A stretch of DNA of 64,000 nt. Source: Acidimicrobiia bacterium. Lineage in GTDB: Bacteria; Actinomycetota; Acidimicrobiia; IMCC26256; JAMXLJ01. Positions 17,285 to 26,470 of this stretch are shown here, piece by piece. The position numbers and the translations under genes were made by a program. Below the pieces are notes generated by a model that saw nothing but the letters and a program-made list of their open reading frames with translations, was not told the origin of the DNA and did no database searches. Every line of letters begins with the position of its first letter. Positions within the stretch are counted from its first letter, which is position 1. The stretch is from contig JAMXLJ010000115.1 in the NCBI GenBank assembly GCA_024281095.1, positions 763 through 64,762 of the forward strand, given 5' to 3'.

Positions 17285-18166
17285 TTAGGAGAGGGGGTGG
17301 GTCGGGAGCGGGGCGTGCGGTGACTCGGCGGTGTCGGCGGCTCTGATTGCCAGGACGATGACGCCGTAGGCCATGGCCGCGAGGGCGACGGCGATGAGGA
17401 ACCAGTCGAGGATGCCGTGGGCCTGGATCTGTTCCTTGAGGACGGTGACGCCGATGACGGCCGCGACGATCTGCTCGCCGACGTCGAGGGCGGGGAGTGA
17501 GGCCCGCAGCTCGCCCGATTGGAACGCTTCCTGGTTCAGCCACATGCCGACGCTGGCGAACACCACCAGCGCGTACGGCTCCCAATGGGTCAGGAACGTG
17601 CCGATGCCGTCGCCCAGGAGGCTCACGCTCGTCTTCGTGAGCCCGGCGGTGAGGCCGTACGCGACCCCGGTGGCGAGCGCGAGGAGCGTCGCCCGCACGG
17701 CGCCCCGGTAGCGCAGCGCGGTTGCGACCGCGGCGACCCCGATGCCGGCGACGAACCCGCCGGCCACGGCCCAGTCGACGAAGGGCGCCCGGTCTCGCCC
17801 GCCGGTGGGGTTCCCGATCAGCAGGAACGCGGCAAGACCCGCACACAGCGCGATTGCCGCGATCCAGTCATGAGGACCGAGCCGCCGGCCCGACCACCGC
17901 GCCGCGAACGGCAGGGAGAAGAGCAGGCCGGTGACCAGCAGGGGCTGGACGACGAGTAGCGACCCCAGCCCGAGCGCGATGGCCTGGAGCCCGTACGCGG
18001 CCCAGTCGGCCGCGTAGCCGAGGAGCCACATCGGCCGCCTGACCAGGTGCCACATCAGTCCCGGATGGAGCTTCTCCGCTCCCGGCGCTTCGGATGCGGC
18101 GCGTTGCTGGAGCACCGAGGCAACGGCAAAGAGCATGGCGGCGCCGAGCGCAAACGCAATTTCCAT
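17285..18166 (-). CDS. DMT-superfamily-like polytopic membrane protein
   Basis: ORF 17285..18166 (293 aa) with about 9-10 hydrophobic helices. It begins MEIAFALGAAMLFAVASVLQQRAA, as in actinobacterial proteins annotated as DMT family transporters. The substrate is unknown. Confidence 0.7.
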   Translation of the reverse strand: MEIAFALGAAMLFAVASVLQQRAASEAPGAEKLHPGLMWHLVRRPMWLLGYAADWAAYGLQAIALGLGSLLVVQPLLVTGLLFSLPFAARWSGRRLGPHDWIAAIALCAGLAAFLLIGNPTGGRDRAPFVDWAVAGGFVAGIGVAAVATALRYRGAVRATLLALATGVAYGLTAGLTKTSVSLLGDGIGTFLTHWEPYALVVFASVGMWLNQEAFQSGELRASLPALDVGEQIVAAVIGVTVLKEQIQAHGILDWFLIAVALAAMAYGVIVLAIRAADTAESPHAPLPTHPLS

Positions 18167-18182
18167 GGCATTCCAGACGGTA

Positions 18183-19961
18183 GTGTCGGTGTCCTTGTCT
18201 CGGCGGGTCCTGATCGTTTCGGCTTCTATGGGCGCGGGCCATGATGGCGCTGCGCGCGAGCTGTCGCGTCGCCTCGACGCCCGTGGTCACCAGACCCGTG
18301 TCGTCGATTTCCTCGATATGCCGCCCCTCGGCCTCGGGGTGTTCGTGCGGTGGACGTACCAGATGCAATTGCGTCTGGCGCCGTGGTCCTACGAGGTGTT
18401 GTATCGCCTCTGGTACGTCCTGCCATTCCTGTACGGGCCGCTCGTCGCGTTCGACACGTGGCTGACGCGTCGGGCGTTCCAACGCGCCGTCCGGGCCCTC
18501 GACCCCGACGTCGTCGTGACGACGTATTCGTTGTCCGCACTGGTCCTGGGCCGGATGCGAAAGAAGGGATGGCTGCGGGTTCCCGTCGCGACGTATTTGA
18601 CGGATTTCGCGGTCCATCCATTGTGGGTTCATCCTTCGATTGATTTGCACCTTGCGGTGAGCCCGCTTGCGGCGGTAACCGCCCGGGCTCGGAGTGGCTC
18701 CAAAGCGCTTGCCCCGGGCCCACTTGTGGCCGAGAAGTTCCGCACCGAGCGTCCGGACCGTCGCGCCGCCCGCCGTGCGCTCGGACTGCCGGACGACGTG
18801 CCGGTGGCGCTCGTGGTGGGCGGCTCCTGGGGCGTTGGCCCGGTGATCTCGACGGTGGAGGCCATCGCCGCCTCGGGGCGCGCCCATCCGGTCACGGTGT
18901 GCGGGCGGGACGAGCAGCTCAAGGGCGCCCTCGAGGAGCGGGCCCTCGGCACGGTGATCGGCTGGACGTCGGAGATGCCGGCGCTGATGGCGGCAGCCGA
19001 CGTGCTGGTCGAGAACGCGGGCGGTCTCACCGCGATGGAGGCCTTCGCGGCCGGTCTGCCGGTGATCACGTTCCAGCCCATCCCCGGGCACGGCCGCGAC
19101 AACGCACGGACCATGGCCGCGGCGGGCGTGAACCGCTACGCGCACGACATCGACGAGCTCCACCGGGCGCTCGGCGAGCTGACCGTGCCCGGCCCGGCGA
19201 GGGAGGAGCTCGTAGCGCGCGGCCGGTCGTTGTTCGCGGGCGACGCAGCCGTCGACGTGCTGGACCTCGCCGAAGCTCAACCGATGCCCGCAGGGGTGAA
19301 GCCCTTTCGCCTGCCGCTGCGCCGGCGCATCGCGTCGGTCGGCGCCGCCGCCGCGCTGCTCAGCTACGGATCACTCACGCTCGGCGCGCAGGCGGTCGCG
19401 GCCATGGGCGTCGGCGTCGCGCGACCGCCGCACGCGGCCGGGTCGCGAACGTTCGTCGGCGCCCGGCTCACCGCCGCGGAGCTGGCCGACCCCGCGATCA
19501 CCGACGAGCTCGTCGCGTCGCGGGTCACCGTCATCGTCGACGCGCCGACCGCGCTCGCGGCCGCGCCGCAGCTGGCGCGGCTCGGCGCGGCCGGGGTCGA
19601 GATCGCCAACGGCGGGTGGGGCCACGGCAGCGGGCTGCGCTGGGAGCGGGCCCACGCCGACGTCGCGAAGGCCGGCGACGTCATCCGGCATCATTGCGGT
19701 GTGCACATCGTCGACTTCGTGCCTGGACGCCGCTTCGACGCGTTCGACCAGATGTGGTCGCGCCGGCGTCGCGAGCGACTGGTGCAGCCCGACGCGGTCG
19801 TGCGGCCCGGCCGGATACCGGCCCGGCTGAAGGCCGCACATGTGTATCTGGTCGACGGCCGTCACGACGACCCCGATCAGGTTCGGCGCACGCTGCTCGA
19901 GTTCGAGAACCGCCTGCAAGGTCGGGGCCTCGTCGCCGCGCCGCTGGCGGAGTTGCGATGA
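18183..19961 (+). CDS. GT28-type glycolipid synthase (MGDG-synthase/UgtP-like) fused to a TM segment and a degenerate NodB-like C-terminal domain
   Basis: ORF 18135..19961. The N-terminal 380 aa read RVLIVSASMGAGHDGAARELSRRL...YLTDFAVHPLWVH...VVGGSWGVG...LVENAGGLTAMEAFAAGLPVI, matching MGDG_synth plus Glyco_tran_28_C. A helix RRIASVGAAAALLSYGSLTLGAQAV follows, then a ~230 aa domain resembling a polysaccharide deacetylase but lacking the TFDDG motif. I prefer GTG at 18183 as the start, because ATG at 18165 would overlap the divergent ATG of the DMT gene. Confidence 0.8.
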   Translation: MSVSLSRRVLIVSASMGAGHDGAARELSRRLDARGHQTRVVDFLDMPPLGLGVFVRWTYQMQLRLAPWSYEVLYRLWYVLPFLYGPLVAFDTWLTRRAFQRAVRALDPDVVVTTYSLSALVLGRMRKKGWLRVPVATYLTDFAVHPLWVHPSIDLHLAVSPLAAVTARARSGSKALAPGPLVAEKFRTERPDRRAARRALGLPDDVPVALVVGGSWGVGPVISTVEAIAASGRAHPVTVCGRDEQLKGALEERALGTVIGWTSEMPALMAAADVLVENAGGLTAMEAFAAGLPVITFQPIPGHGRDNARTMAAAGVNRYAHDIDELHRALGELTVPGPAREELVARGRSLFAGDAAVDVLDLAEAQPMPAGVKPFRLPLRRRIASVGAAAALLSYGSLTLGAQAVAAMGVGVARPPHAAGSRTFVGARLTAAELADPAITDELVASRVTVIVDAPTALAAAPQLARLGAAGVEIANGGWGHGSGLRWERAHADVAKAGDVIRHHCGVHIVDFVPGRRFDAFDQMWSRRRRERLVQPDAVVRPGRIPARLKAAHVYLVDGRHDDPDQVRRTLLEFENRLQGRGLVAAPLAELR

Positions 19962-20713
19962 GCGCCGGCGCCACGCGCGCACGGCACAGCTGGCGTTGGG
20001 TCGGTCTGGGTGCCGGGCTCGGCACGGGGGCCGCGCTCGCGCTGCACGCCGCTCCCGCGCTCGCGAGCATCGGCGTCGTCCGGCGGACGTTCGCACCGCG
20101 GCTCGCGGGGTTGGGCTCCCCCGATCACGTCGCGTTGACCTTCGACGACGGCCCCGACGCCGCGTCCACCCCGGCCTTCCTCGAGGTGCTCGACCAGCTC
20201 GGGTGGCGCGCGACGTTCTTCATGTTGGGTGAGATGGTGCGCAAGGCGCCCGGCCTCGCGGCGGAGGTCGCGGCCGCGGGTCACGAGATCGCGGTGCACG
20301 GCGACGGCCATGTCAGCATGCTGCGACGCCTGCCGCGCGACGCGCACGACGACATCGCCCGCGGCCTCGACGCGGTCTCGCACGCCACGGGCGTGCAGCC
20401 GCAGTGGTTCCGGCCGCCGTACGGAACGCTGTCGGCGGGGTCGTTGCGCGCCGCCGCGCACCTCGGCCTCGAGACCGTGCTGTGGACCGCGTGGGGCCGC
20501 GACTGGCGGCCCGAAGCCACGCCTCACACCGTCGTGCACGACGTGTTGCACGGCCGGGTCGCGGGCGGCACGGTGCTCCTGCACGACTCCGACTGCACGT
20601 CGTCGCCCGAGTCATGGCACGCAACGCTCGGCGCGCTGCCGATGCTCGCGGAGCAGTTCGCGGAACGTGGGCTCGCCACGGGTCCCGTCGGCGAGCATCA
20701 ACTCGTCGCGTAG
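19958..20713 (+). CDS. Polysaccharide deacetylase (NodB homology domain, CE4)
   Basis: This is the tail of ORF 18899..20713. ATG at 19958 overlaps the upstream stop (ATGA). It has a signal/TM segment, then HVALTFDDGPDAASTPAFLEVL...ATFFMLG...GHEIAVHGDGH...RPPYG, the canonical CE4 motifs. Confidence 0.9.
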   Translation: MSAGATRARHSWRWVGLGAGLGTGAALALHAAPALASIGVVRRTFAPRLAGLGSPDHVALTFDDGPDAASTPAFLEVLDQLGWRATFFMLGEMVRKAPGLAAEVAAAGHEIAVHGDGHVSMLRRLPRDAHDDIARGLDAVSHATGVQPQWFRPPYGTLSAGSLRAAAHLGLETVLWTAWGRDWRPEATPHTVVHDVLHGRVAGGTVLLHDSDCTSSPESWHATLGALPMLAEQFAERGLATGPVGEHQLVA

Positions 20714-20821
20714 CTGCCGACCCGGATACCCCATGACGCGGCCTTCGGTCGCACAAGGTGACGGTCGCGAAGTGACACCGCCGCGCCGTGACGTGATGTG
20801 TTGCCGCCGCAGTCGCGTACC

Positions 20822-21730
20822 TTACCGATGCGCCGAGTTCTGCAGGTCGAGCACGGCCCCGGCGAGCGCTTCGAGCTCGTCGGCCCACGAACCGCCGGGC
20901 GCGCCGAGTGGTACCGGCACCAGCTTCGAGAATCCGACGGCGAGGAACTCCTCGAGCCGCTCGCGGAGGCCGTTGTGACCGACCGGGATCACGCGGCGGG
21001 GATCGACACCGGGAAGGCGCGACGCGAGCGCGGCCGCGACCGCGTCCGGCAGCTCGCCGTGCGCGTACGCGACCAACGCGCCCCAGTGCTCACGATCGAT
21101 CTCGCGCTCCGCCTCGCGCGCCGCGGCGAGCACGGCTTCGCGGCCCTCGGCCGCGTCGACCGGTGTGGTGAAGCTCGGGAGCCAACCGTCGGCGAGACGC
21201 CCGACGCGGCGCAGCTCGCTCGGTGCGCGTCCACCGAGCCACACGTCGGGCGGTTGCTGCACCGGCTTCGGCAACACCGTGAGGTCGTGATACGTGAAGC
21301 GCGGGCCGGCATGGTCGACGTGGTCCTCGGTCCAGAAGCGCCGGATCAACGGCAGCGCCTCGTCGAACCACGGAGCCCGTTCCTCCCGCTTGACGCCGAA
21401 CGCCTGCTGCTCGGTCTCGCTGACCACACCCAACCCGAACGCGGGCAGGGCCCGTCCGTTCGAGAGGCGGTCGAGGCTGGCCCACTCCTTCGCGAGGAGT
21501 ACGGGGTTGCGGCCGGGAAGCACCTGCACGCTCGTGCCGAGCTTCAGCTTGCGGGTGCGGCCGGCGGCAACTGCGAGGCCGACGAGAGGGTCCGGCGCCG
21601 GCCCGGTGGCGCGCTCCGACAGCCAGAGCGAGTCGAAGCCGAGCCGCTCGAGATCGTCGACGAGTGTGACGAATCCGGCCGCGTCGACGTCGGCCGCGAC
21701 GCCGAGCCCGAACCCGATCCGGATCTTCAT
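20822..21730 (-). CDS. Luciferase-like (LLM class) F420-dependent oxidoreductase
   Basis: ORF 20822..21757. I take ATG at 21730 (MKIRIGFGLG) as the start because the upstream gene ends at 21750. The sequence continues FDSLWLSER...KLGTSVQVLPGRNPVLLAKEWASLDRLSNGR, the LLM pattern. Confidence 0.85.
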   Translation of the reverse strand: MKIRIGFGLGVAADVDAAGFVTLVDDLERLGFDSLWLSERATGPAPDPLVGLAVAAGRTRKLKLGTSVQVLPGRNPVLLAKEWASLDRLSNGRALPAFGLGVVSETEQQAFGVKREERAPWFDEALPLIRRFWTEDHVDHAGPRFTYHDLTVLPKPVQQPPDVWLGGRAPSELRRVGRLADGWLPSFTTPVDAAEGREAVLAAAREAEREIDREHWGALVAYAHGELPDAVAAALASRLPGVDPRRVIPVGHNGLRERLEEFLAVGFSKLVPVPLGAPGGSWADELEALAGAVLDLQNSAHR

Positions 21731-21749
21731 CGACGAGCCGACGTGCGGG

Positions 21750-22964
21750 TCACGCACGGACCCATTCGTACTGGCGAAGCTCGCGACGCGCGATCTGCTG
21801 CTTGTGCACTTCGTCCGGACCGTCGACGAGATGCAGAGTGCGCGCGTGCGTGTACATCTGTGCGAGTGGCCAGTCGTCGGACACGCCCGCGCCGCCGAAC
21901 AGCTGGATCGCGCGGTCGATCACGTTGGTCGCGACGCGCGCCGCGACGACCTTGATCGCCGCGATCTCGAATCGTGCACCCTTGTTGCCGGCCGTGTCCA
22001 TGAGCCACGCCGCCTTCATCGTGAGCAGTCGCGCCTGTTCGATCTCCATCCGCGACTCCGCGATGCGGTCCTGCACGACGCCCTGCTCCGCCAGTCGCTT
22101 CCCGAACGCGGTGCGCAGCTGAGCACGTTCACACATGAGCTCGAGCGCGCGTTCGGCGAGACCGATGGCGCGCATGCAGTGATGGATGCGTCCGGGGCCG
22201 AGCCGGGCCTGGGCGAGCGCAAAGCCGCCGCCTTCCTCGCCGAGGATGTTCGACGCCGGCAGGCGCACATTCTCGTACAGCGTCTCGCAGTGCCCCCCGC
22301 CGGCGTCGTGCCCGAAGACCGGTAGCGTCCGCACCACCGTGACTCCGGGGGCGTCCATCGGCACGAGGATCATGGAATGACGGTGATACGGGTCGGCGTC
22401 GGGATTCGAGACGCCCATGAGGATCGCGACCTTGCATCGCTTCGACGCCGCGCCGCTCGTCCACCACTTGTGCGCGTTGACGACGTAGTGGTCGCCGTCG
22501 CGGATGATCCGGCTCTGGATGTTGGTGGCGTCGGAGCTCGCGACCCACGGCTCGGTCATCGCGAAGCACGAGCGGATCTCGCCTTCGAGCAACGGCACGA
22601 GCCACTCGTCCTGCTGTTCGGCCGTGCCGAACTCGGCGAGGATCTCCATGTTGCCGGTGTCGGGGGCGGCACAGTTCGTCGCCTCGGAGGCGAGGGCGCT
22701 GCGGCCCATCAGCTCGCACAGCGGCGCGTAGTCGACGTTGCTCAGGCCCGCGCCCCACTTCTTGTTGGGAAGGAACAAGTTCCACAGGTCGCGCCGGCGG
22801 GCCTCGGCCTTGAGCTCCTCCATGACCGGAGGATGGAAATGCGGATCGCCCGAGTCGGCCACTTGTCGGCGGTACACGGGCTCGGCGGGATCGACTTTCT
22901 CGGCGATGAACGCGGCGAGGCGTTCGCGCAGTTCCAGCGCGCGCGGTGACAGCTCGAAGTCCAT
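21750..22964 (-). CDS. Acyl-CoA dehydrogenase (ACAD10/11-like, FadE)
   Basis: ORF 21750..22964 (404 aa). Motifs: [17 protein letters not shown]...KWWTSGA...[24 protein letters not shown]...[18 protein letters not shown]. Confidence 0.9.
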   Translation of the reverse strand: MDFELSPRALELRERLAAFIAEKVDPAEPVYRRQVADSGDPHFHPPVMEELKAEARRRDLWNLFLPNKKWGAGLSNVDYAPLCELMGRSALASEATNCAAPDTGNMEILAEFGTAEQQDEWLVPLLEGEIRSCFAMTEPWVASSDATNIQSRIIRDGDHYVVNAHKWWTSGAASKRCKVAILMGVSNPDADPYHRHSMILVPMDAPGVTVVRTLPVFGHDAGGGHCETLYENVRLPASNILGEEGGGFALAQARLGPGRIHHCMRAIGLAERALELMCERAQLRTAFGKRLAEQGVVQDRIAESRMEIEQARLLTMKAAWLMDTAGNKGARFEIAAIKVVAARVATNVIDRAIQLFGGAGVSDDWPLAQMYTHARTLHLVDGPDEVHKQQIARRELRQYEWVRA

Positions 22965-22980
22965 CGGCGCAGGTTACGTG

Positions 22981-24312
22981 CTACCCGACCGTCCAGCGCA
23001 CGAGACCACCGAGGGCCGGGTCGGTCAGCCACGCGCCGCCATCGTCGCCCCCGACGACCTGCAACGCGCCCGGGCTCCACCCGGTGGTCTTGCCCGAGGC
23101 GACGTCGATGCGGCACACGGACTGGTGCGTCACCGGGCCGGTAGGCACGGTGCCCGCGAGGTCGAGCCGTGTGCCCCAAATGGTGTTCGAGGTCACCGCG
23201 CCGGGCACGAAGCCGAACAGTTGCCCGCCGCCGCAGCCGGCGCCGACGGGGAGGTACACCCGCTCCGCTCCACCGGTGCGCGGAATGCTTCGCAATCCGT
23301 TCGCGCCGCCGGCCCAGATGTTGCCGCTGTGCACGATCGGAAAGCCGAAGGGCGCGCGCACGACGGTGCGGCCCAACTCGCGCCGCGTCGAGGGGTCCAT
23401 CGCCGCGAGCACGAGGTCGTCGGCCGACACGGACGGCACCCCGCTCAGCGTGACCCACACCGCGCCGCCGTCGGTCTGCACGTCGTGCGGGACCCCGTCG
23501 AACGCGACGCGATCGACGACCGCGCCCGACGCCGGGTCGATGTCGAGCAACAGACCGAACCCGGCCCGAGCCGGATCCTTGGTCACGACCCACAGCGCGC
23601 CGGGGGTGGCCGCGAGCCCATTGCGACCCGGGCCGAGGTCGCACACGATCGGTTGCGCGACCGAGAGCACGGCGGTGGCGTGCGCGGCCCGATCGACGTG
23701 CACCAACTGTGCCGCCCCACTCGGGCACGCCGACCGCACGACCCACGCGCCGTCGGCCACGGGGGCGAGGCCGGACACGTACGGCTGGGCCTGCCCGACG
23801 GCCCGTGCGGCGCCGGCGTCGACGCGCGCGACGCGGCCGGACTCGAGCGAGTCGACGGCCCACACGTCCGCACCCTGCGAGCCGAGCAGGCTCGGCGACC
23901 AGTCGAGGACACGGGTGGCGGTGAGCGCGGGCGCGATCTCGGGCGGGATCGACGGCGCTGTGGTGCCCGGCGTGCCGCCGTTGGCGGCTCCCGAACCTGG
24001 AGCTGCGGCCGGGCCGCCGGTGGTGCCGCCGGGACGGACGGAGCCTGCGCCGGGGGTCGTCCCGGTCGCGGTCGAAGTGGTCGTCGCGCTCGCGGTCGTG
24101 CTGGTGGTCGCAGGCGCCGAGGTCGAGGCCGTCGTCGGGCTCCTGGCTGCGTCGGGCCTGGTCAGCTGCTGCCCTTTGACCTTCGGCGCTCCTGGACCGC
24201 CACTCTGCGAGACGAGGACGCCGGCGAGCGTGACCGCGACGGCTACGACGGCGACGGTGAGCCACAGCGCGTTGCCCCGTGCCCACGTCACGACCGCGGC
24301 GGGTCGGTTCAC
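22981..24312 (-). CDS. Hypothetical membrane-anchored/secreted protein with a Thr/Ser/Ala-rich linker and a beta-propeller-like repeat domain
   Basis: ORF 22981..24522. GTG at 24312 is preceded by GGGGG. The product has the TM helix ALWLTVAVVAVAVTLAGVLV, the linker SPTTASTSAPATTSTTASATTTSTATGTTPG, then repeated G-x-WV/V-D-P motifs (GADVWAVD, GAWVVRS, GALWVVTKD, GAVWVTLS, GNIWAGG, GGAWLTD). The opposite-strand ORFs look like shadows. Confidence 0.6.
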   Translation of the reverse strand: MNRPAAVVTWARGNALWLTVAVVAVAVTLAGVLVSQSGGPGAPKVKGQQLTRPDAARSPTTASTSAPATTSTTASATTTSTATGTTPGAGSVRPGGTTGGPAAAPGSGAANGGTPGTTAPSIPPEIAPALTATRVLDWSPSLLGSQGADVWAVDSLESGRVARVDAGAARAVGQAQPYVSGLAPVADGAWVVRSACPSGAAQLVHVDRAAHATAVLSVAQPIVCDLGPGRNGLAATPGALWVVTKDPARAGFGLLLDIDPASGAVVDRVAFDGVPHDVQTDGGAVWVTLSGVPSVSADDLVLAAMDPSTRRELGRTVVRAPFGFPIVHSGNIWAGGANGLRSIPRTGGAERVYLPVGAGCGGGQLFGFVPGAVTSNTIWGTRLDLAGTVPTGPVTHQSVCRIDVASGKTTGWSPGALQVVGGDDGGAWLTDPALGGLVRWTVG

Positions 24313-24404
24313 TTCACCCCCATGGGGACACGATGGTACGGCGCGCGGCCCGCGAATCGGTGCTTCTCCGGGCCGGCGCGTGATTGCGCCCATAGGCTCG
24401 CTCG

Positions 24405-25007
24405 ATGGCCGGGCTCGACGAGCACGAGGTCGACCGTGACCCATTCCGGCAGTTGGCCGGCTGGTACGACGAGGCGGTCGCGGCCGGGGTGCGTCAGCCG
24501 GACGCGATGACACTCGCCACATCGACCCGCGACGGACGGGTATCGGCCCGCACCGTGCTGTTGCGGGGGTTCGACGGCGACGGGCTCGTGTTCTTCACGA
24601 GCTACCACGGTCGCAAGGCGCGTGAGCTCGAGGCGAATCCTCGTGGCGCGGTCGTGCTCCATTGGCGCGAGCAGGAGCGTCAGGTCCGCGCCGAGGGGCC
24701 CGTGCAGCGCACGAGCCGGGAGCGGTCGGACGCGTACTTCCGCGCCCGGCCCTTCGGCAGCCGGGTGAGCGCGTTCATCTCGCCGCAGAGCGACGTGGTG
24801 AGCGGACGGACCGAGCTCGAACGACGATTCGACGAGGCGGCCGCGCGCTTCACCGACGGCGAGGTGCCGCTCCCCGACGACTGGGGCGGCTACGTCCTCG
24901 CGCCCGACGAGTTCGAGTTCTGGCAGGGTCGCGACGATCGCCTGCACGACCGCGTCCGCTACCGGCGCGATGGCACGACATGGCGCATCGAGCGCCTCGC
25001 GCCCTGA
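24405..25007 (+). CDS. pdxH: Pyridoxamine 5'-phosphate oxidase
   Basis: ORF 24405..25007 (200 aa). It reads DPFRQLAGWYDEAV...MTLATSTRDGRVSARTVLLRGFD..GLVFFTSYHGRKAREL..NPRGAVVLHW...RQVRAEG...YFRARP.GS...A..SPQS...WGGY.L.P...EFWQGR..RLHDR..Y, the full PdxH signature. Confidence 0.92.
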   Translation: MAGLDEHEVDRDPFRQLAGWYDEAVAAGVRQPDAMTLATSTRDGRVSARTVLLRGFDGDGLVFFTSYHGRKARELEANPRGAVVLHWREQERQVRAEGPVQRTSRERSDAYFRARPFGSRVSAFISPQSDVVSGRTELERRFDEAAARFTDGEVPLPDDWGGYVLAPDEFEFWQGRDDRLHDRVRYRRDGTTWRIERLAP

Positions 25008-25017
25008 CCGCCATGGG

Positions 25018-25734
25018 TCAGGTCGCGAGATGGCTCTTGAACCACTCCAGCGCCCGCGGCCACGCGTCGGCCGCGGCGCTCGGGTTGTAGCTCGGTCGCT
25101 TGTCGCAGAAGAAGCCGTGCTCGGCCTCGTCGTAGCGGACGACCTCGTGGTGGACGGCCGCGGCGTCGAGTGCGTGCCGAAGCGTTTCGACGTCTTCGAC
25201 GGGGATGGACTGGTCGAGGTCGCCGAACAGCCCGAGCCACGGCGTCTGCAGCGAGCCGGCCTCGTCGACGAGCTTGGTCTGCCCCGGCATCCGCGGGTTG
25301 ACGATCCCGCCGCCGTAGAAGCCGACTGCTGCACCGAGGGCACGACGCGCCGCGACGAGGAAGGTTGCCCGCCCGCCCATGCAGAATCCGACGATGCCGA
25401 TCCGATCGTCGGTGAAGCCCTCGTCGTGCAGGTGCGCGAGCACGGCGTCGACGTCCATGAGGATCCCGTCGTCGGTGAGCCCCTGGAGCAACGGCATCAC
25501 CTTCGAGAAGTCGTCGTACGGCGCGGTGCCGCCGCCCGCCCGGTGGAACAATGCGGGCGCGATCGCGTGGTAGCCCTCCTTCGCGAAGCGGGTGGTGACG
25601 TCGCGTATGTGGTCGTTGACCCCGAACGCCTCCTGGATCACGACGATCGCCTGGCGGGCGTCGCCGTCGGGCGCGGCCTCGAAGCACTCCATCGGGCCGT
25701 CGGACGTCTGCAAGGTGATGTCGGTCGTCTTCAT
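25018..25734 (-). CDS. Dienelactone hydrolase family protein
   Basis: ORF 25018..25734. It has VVIQEAFGVNDHIRDVTTRFAKEGYHAIAPALF and the nucleophile motif IGIVGFCMGG, plus a C-terminal HGF. Confidence 0.9.
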   Translation of the reverse strand: MKTTDITLQTSDGPMECFEAAPDGDARQAIVVIQEAFGVNDHIRDVTTRFAKEGYHAIAPALFHRAGGGTAPYDDFSKVMPLLQGLTDDGILMDVDAVLAHLHDEGFTDDRIGIVGFCMGGRATFLVAARRALGAAVGFYGGGIVNPRMPGQTKLVDEAGSLQTPWLGLFGDLDQSIPVEDVETLRHALDAAAVHHEVVRYDEAEHGFFCDKRPSYNPSAAADAWPRALEWFKSHLAT

Positions 25735-25760
25735 GCCCGGGAGGCTAGACCGGAGCCCGG

Positions 25761-25792
25761 TGACGGGATGACGGGATGACGGGGTGACGGCG
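25761..25792 (+). repeat. Four tandem copies of an 8-bp unit (TGACGGGA TGACGGGA TGACGGGG TGACGGCG) spanning the start codon of the YhhN gene
   Basis: Read directly from the sequence at 25761-25792, within the 49-bp gap between the divergent genes starting at 25734 (-) and 25784 (+). Confidence 0.9.
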
Positions 25793-26422
25793 ACAAGCTG
25801 GGCGCTGCTCGCGGTCGCCGGCGTGCTCGCGGCCGCGGACTGGTTCGCGGTCGCGACGCAACGTCGCGTGCTCCAGTACTTCGCGAAGCCCGCAACACTC
25901 AGCGTCCTGATCGTCGTGGCTGTCGTGCTGCACCCGGAGCACCACGATCAACGGTCGTGGTTCGTGGTCGCGCTCGCCCTGTCGCTGGCGGGCGACGTGT
26001 TCCTCATGCTGCCGAACGATCTGTTCGTCCCGGGCCTCGCCTCCTTCCTCCTCGCGCACATCGCGTACACCATCGGCTTCGTCCTGCACATCCGGTCGGC
26101 CGCGTCCATCGCGGTTGGGTGCATCGCGGTCGTCGTGGTCGGCGCGGTGCTCGCATCGCGCATCCTTCCTCGCGTCGTGCACGGCGACGACCCCACGCTC
26201 GGCGGCCCTGTGGTCGCGTACATGGTCGTGATCTCGGCCATGGTCGCGAGCGCGATCGCGGCCGGCCCGGTGCTGGCGACAGCCGGGGCGGTGTCGTTCT
26301 ACGCCTCCGACACGCTGATCGCCTGGGAGCGGTTCGTACGCCCCCGGCCTTGGATGCCACTCGCCGTCATCGTGACGTATCACCTGGGTCAGGCCGCGCT
26401 CGTGGTGTCGCTCACCAGGTGA
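25784..26422 (+). CDS. YhhN/TMEM86-family lysoplasmalogenase-like membrane protein
   Basis: ORF 25784..26422. It reads YFAKPATLSVLIVVAVV...ALALSLAGDVFLML...FLLAHIAYTIGF...FYASDTLIAWERF, the YhhN family pattern. Confidence 0.85.
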   Translation: MTATSWALLAVAGVLAAADWFAVATQRRVLQYFAKPATLSVLIVVAVVLHPEHHDQRSWFVVALALSLAGDVFLMLPNDLFVPGLASFLLAHIAYTIGFVLHIRSAASIAVGCIAVVVVGAVLASRILPRVVHGDDPTLGGPVVAYMVVISAMVASAIAAGPVLATAGAVSFYASDTLIAWERFVRPRPWMPLAVIVTYHLGQAALVVSLTR

Positions 26423-26470
26423 CCTGGGCCGCAATGGGCGCCGTTGCGAACGGCGCCGTGGCGGGCGACC

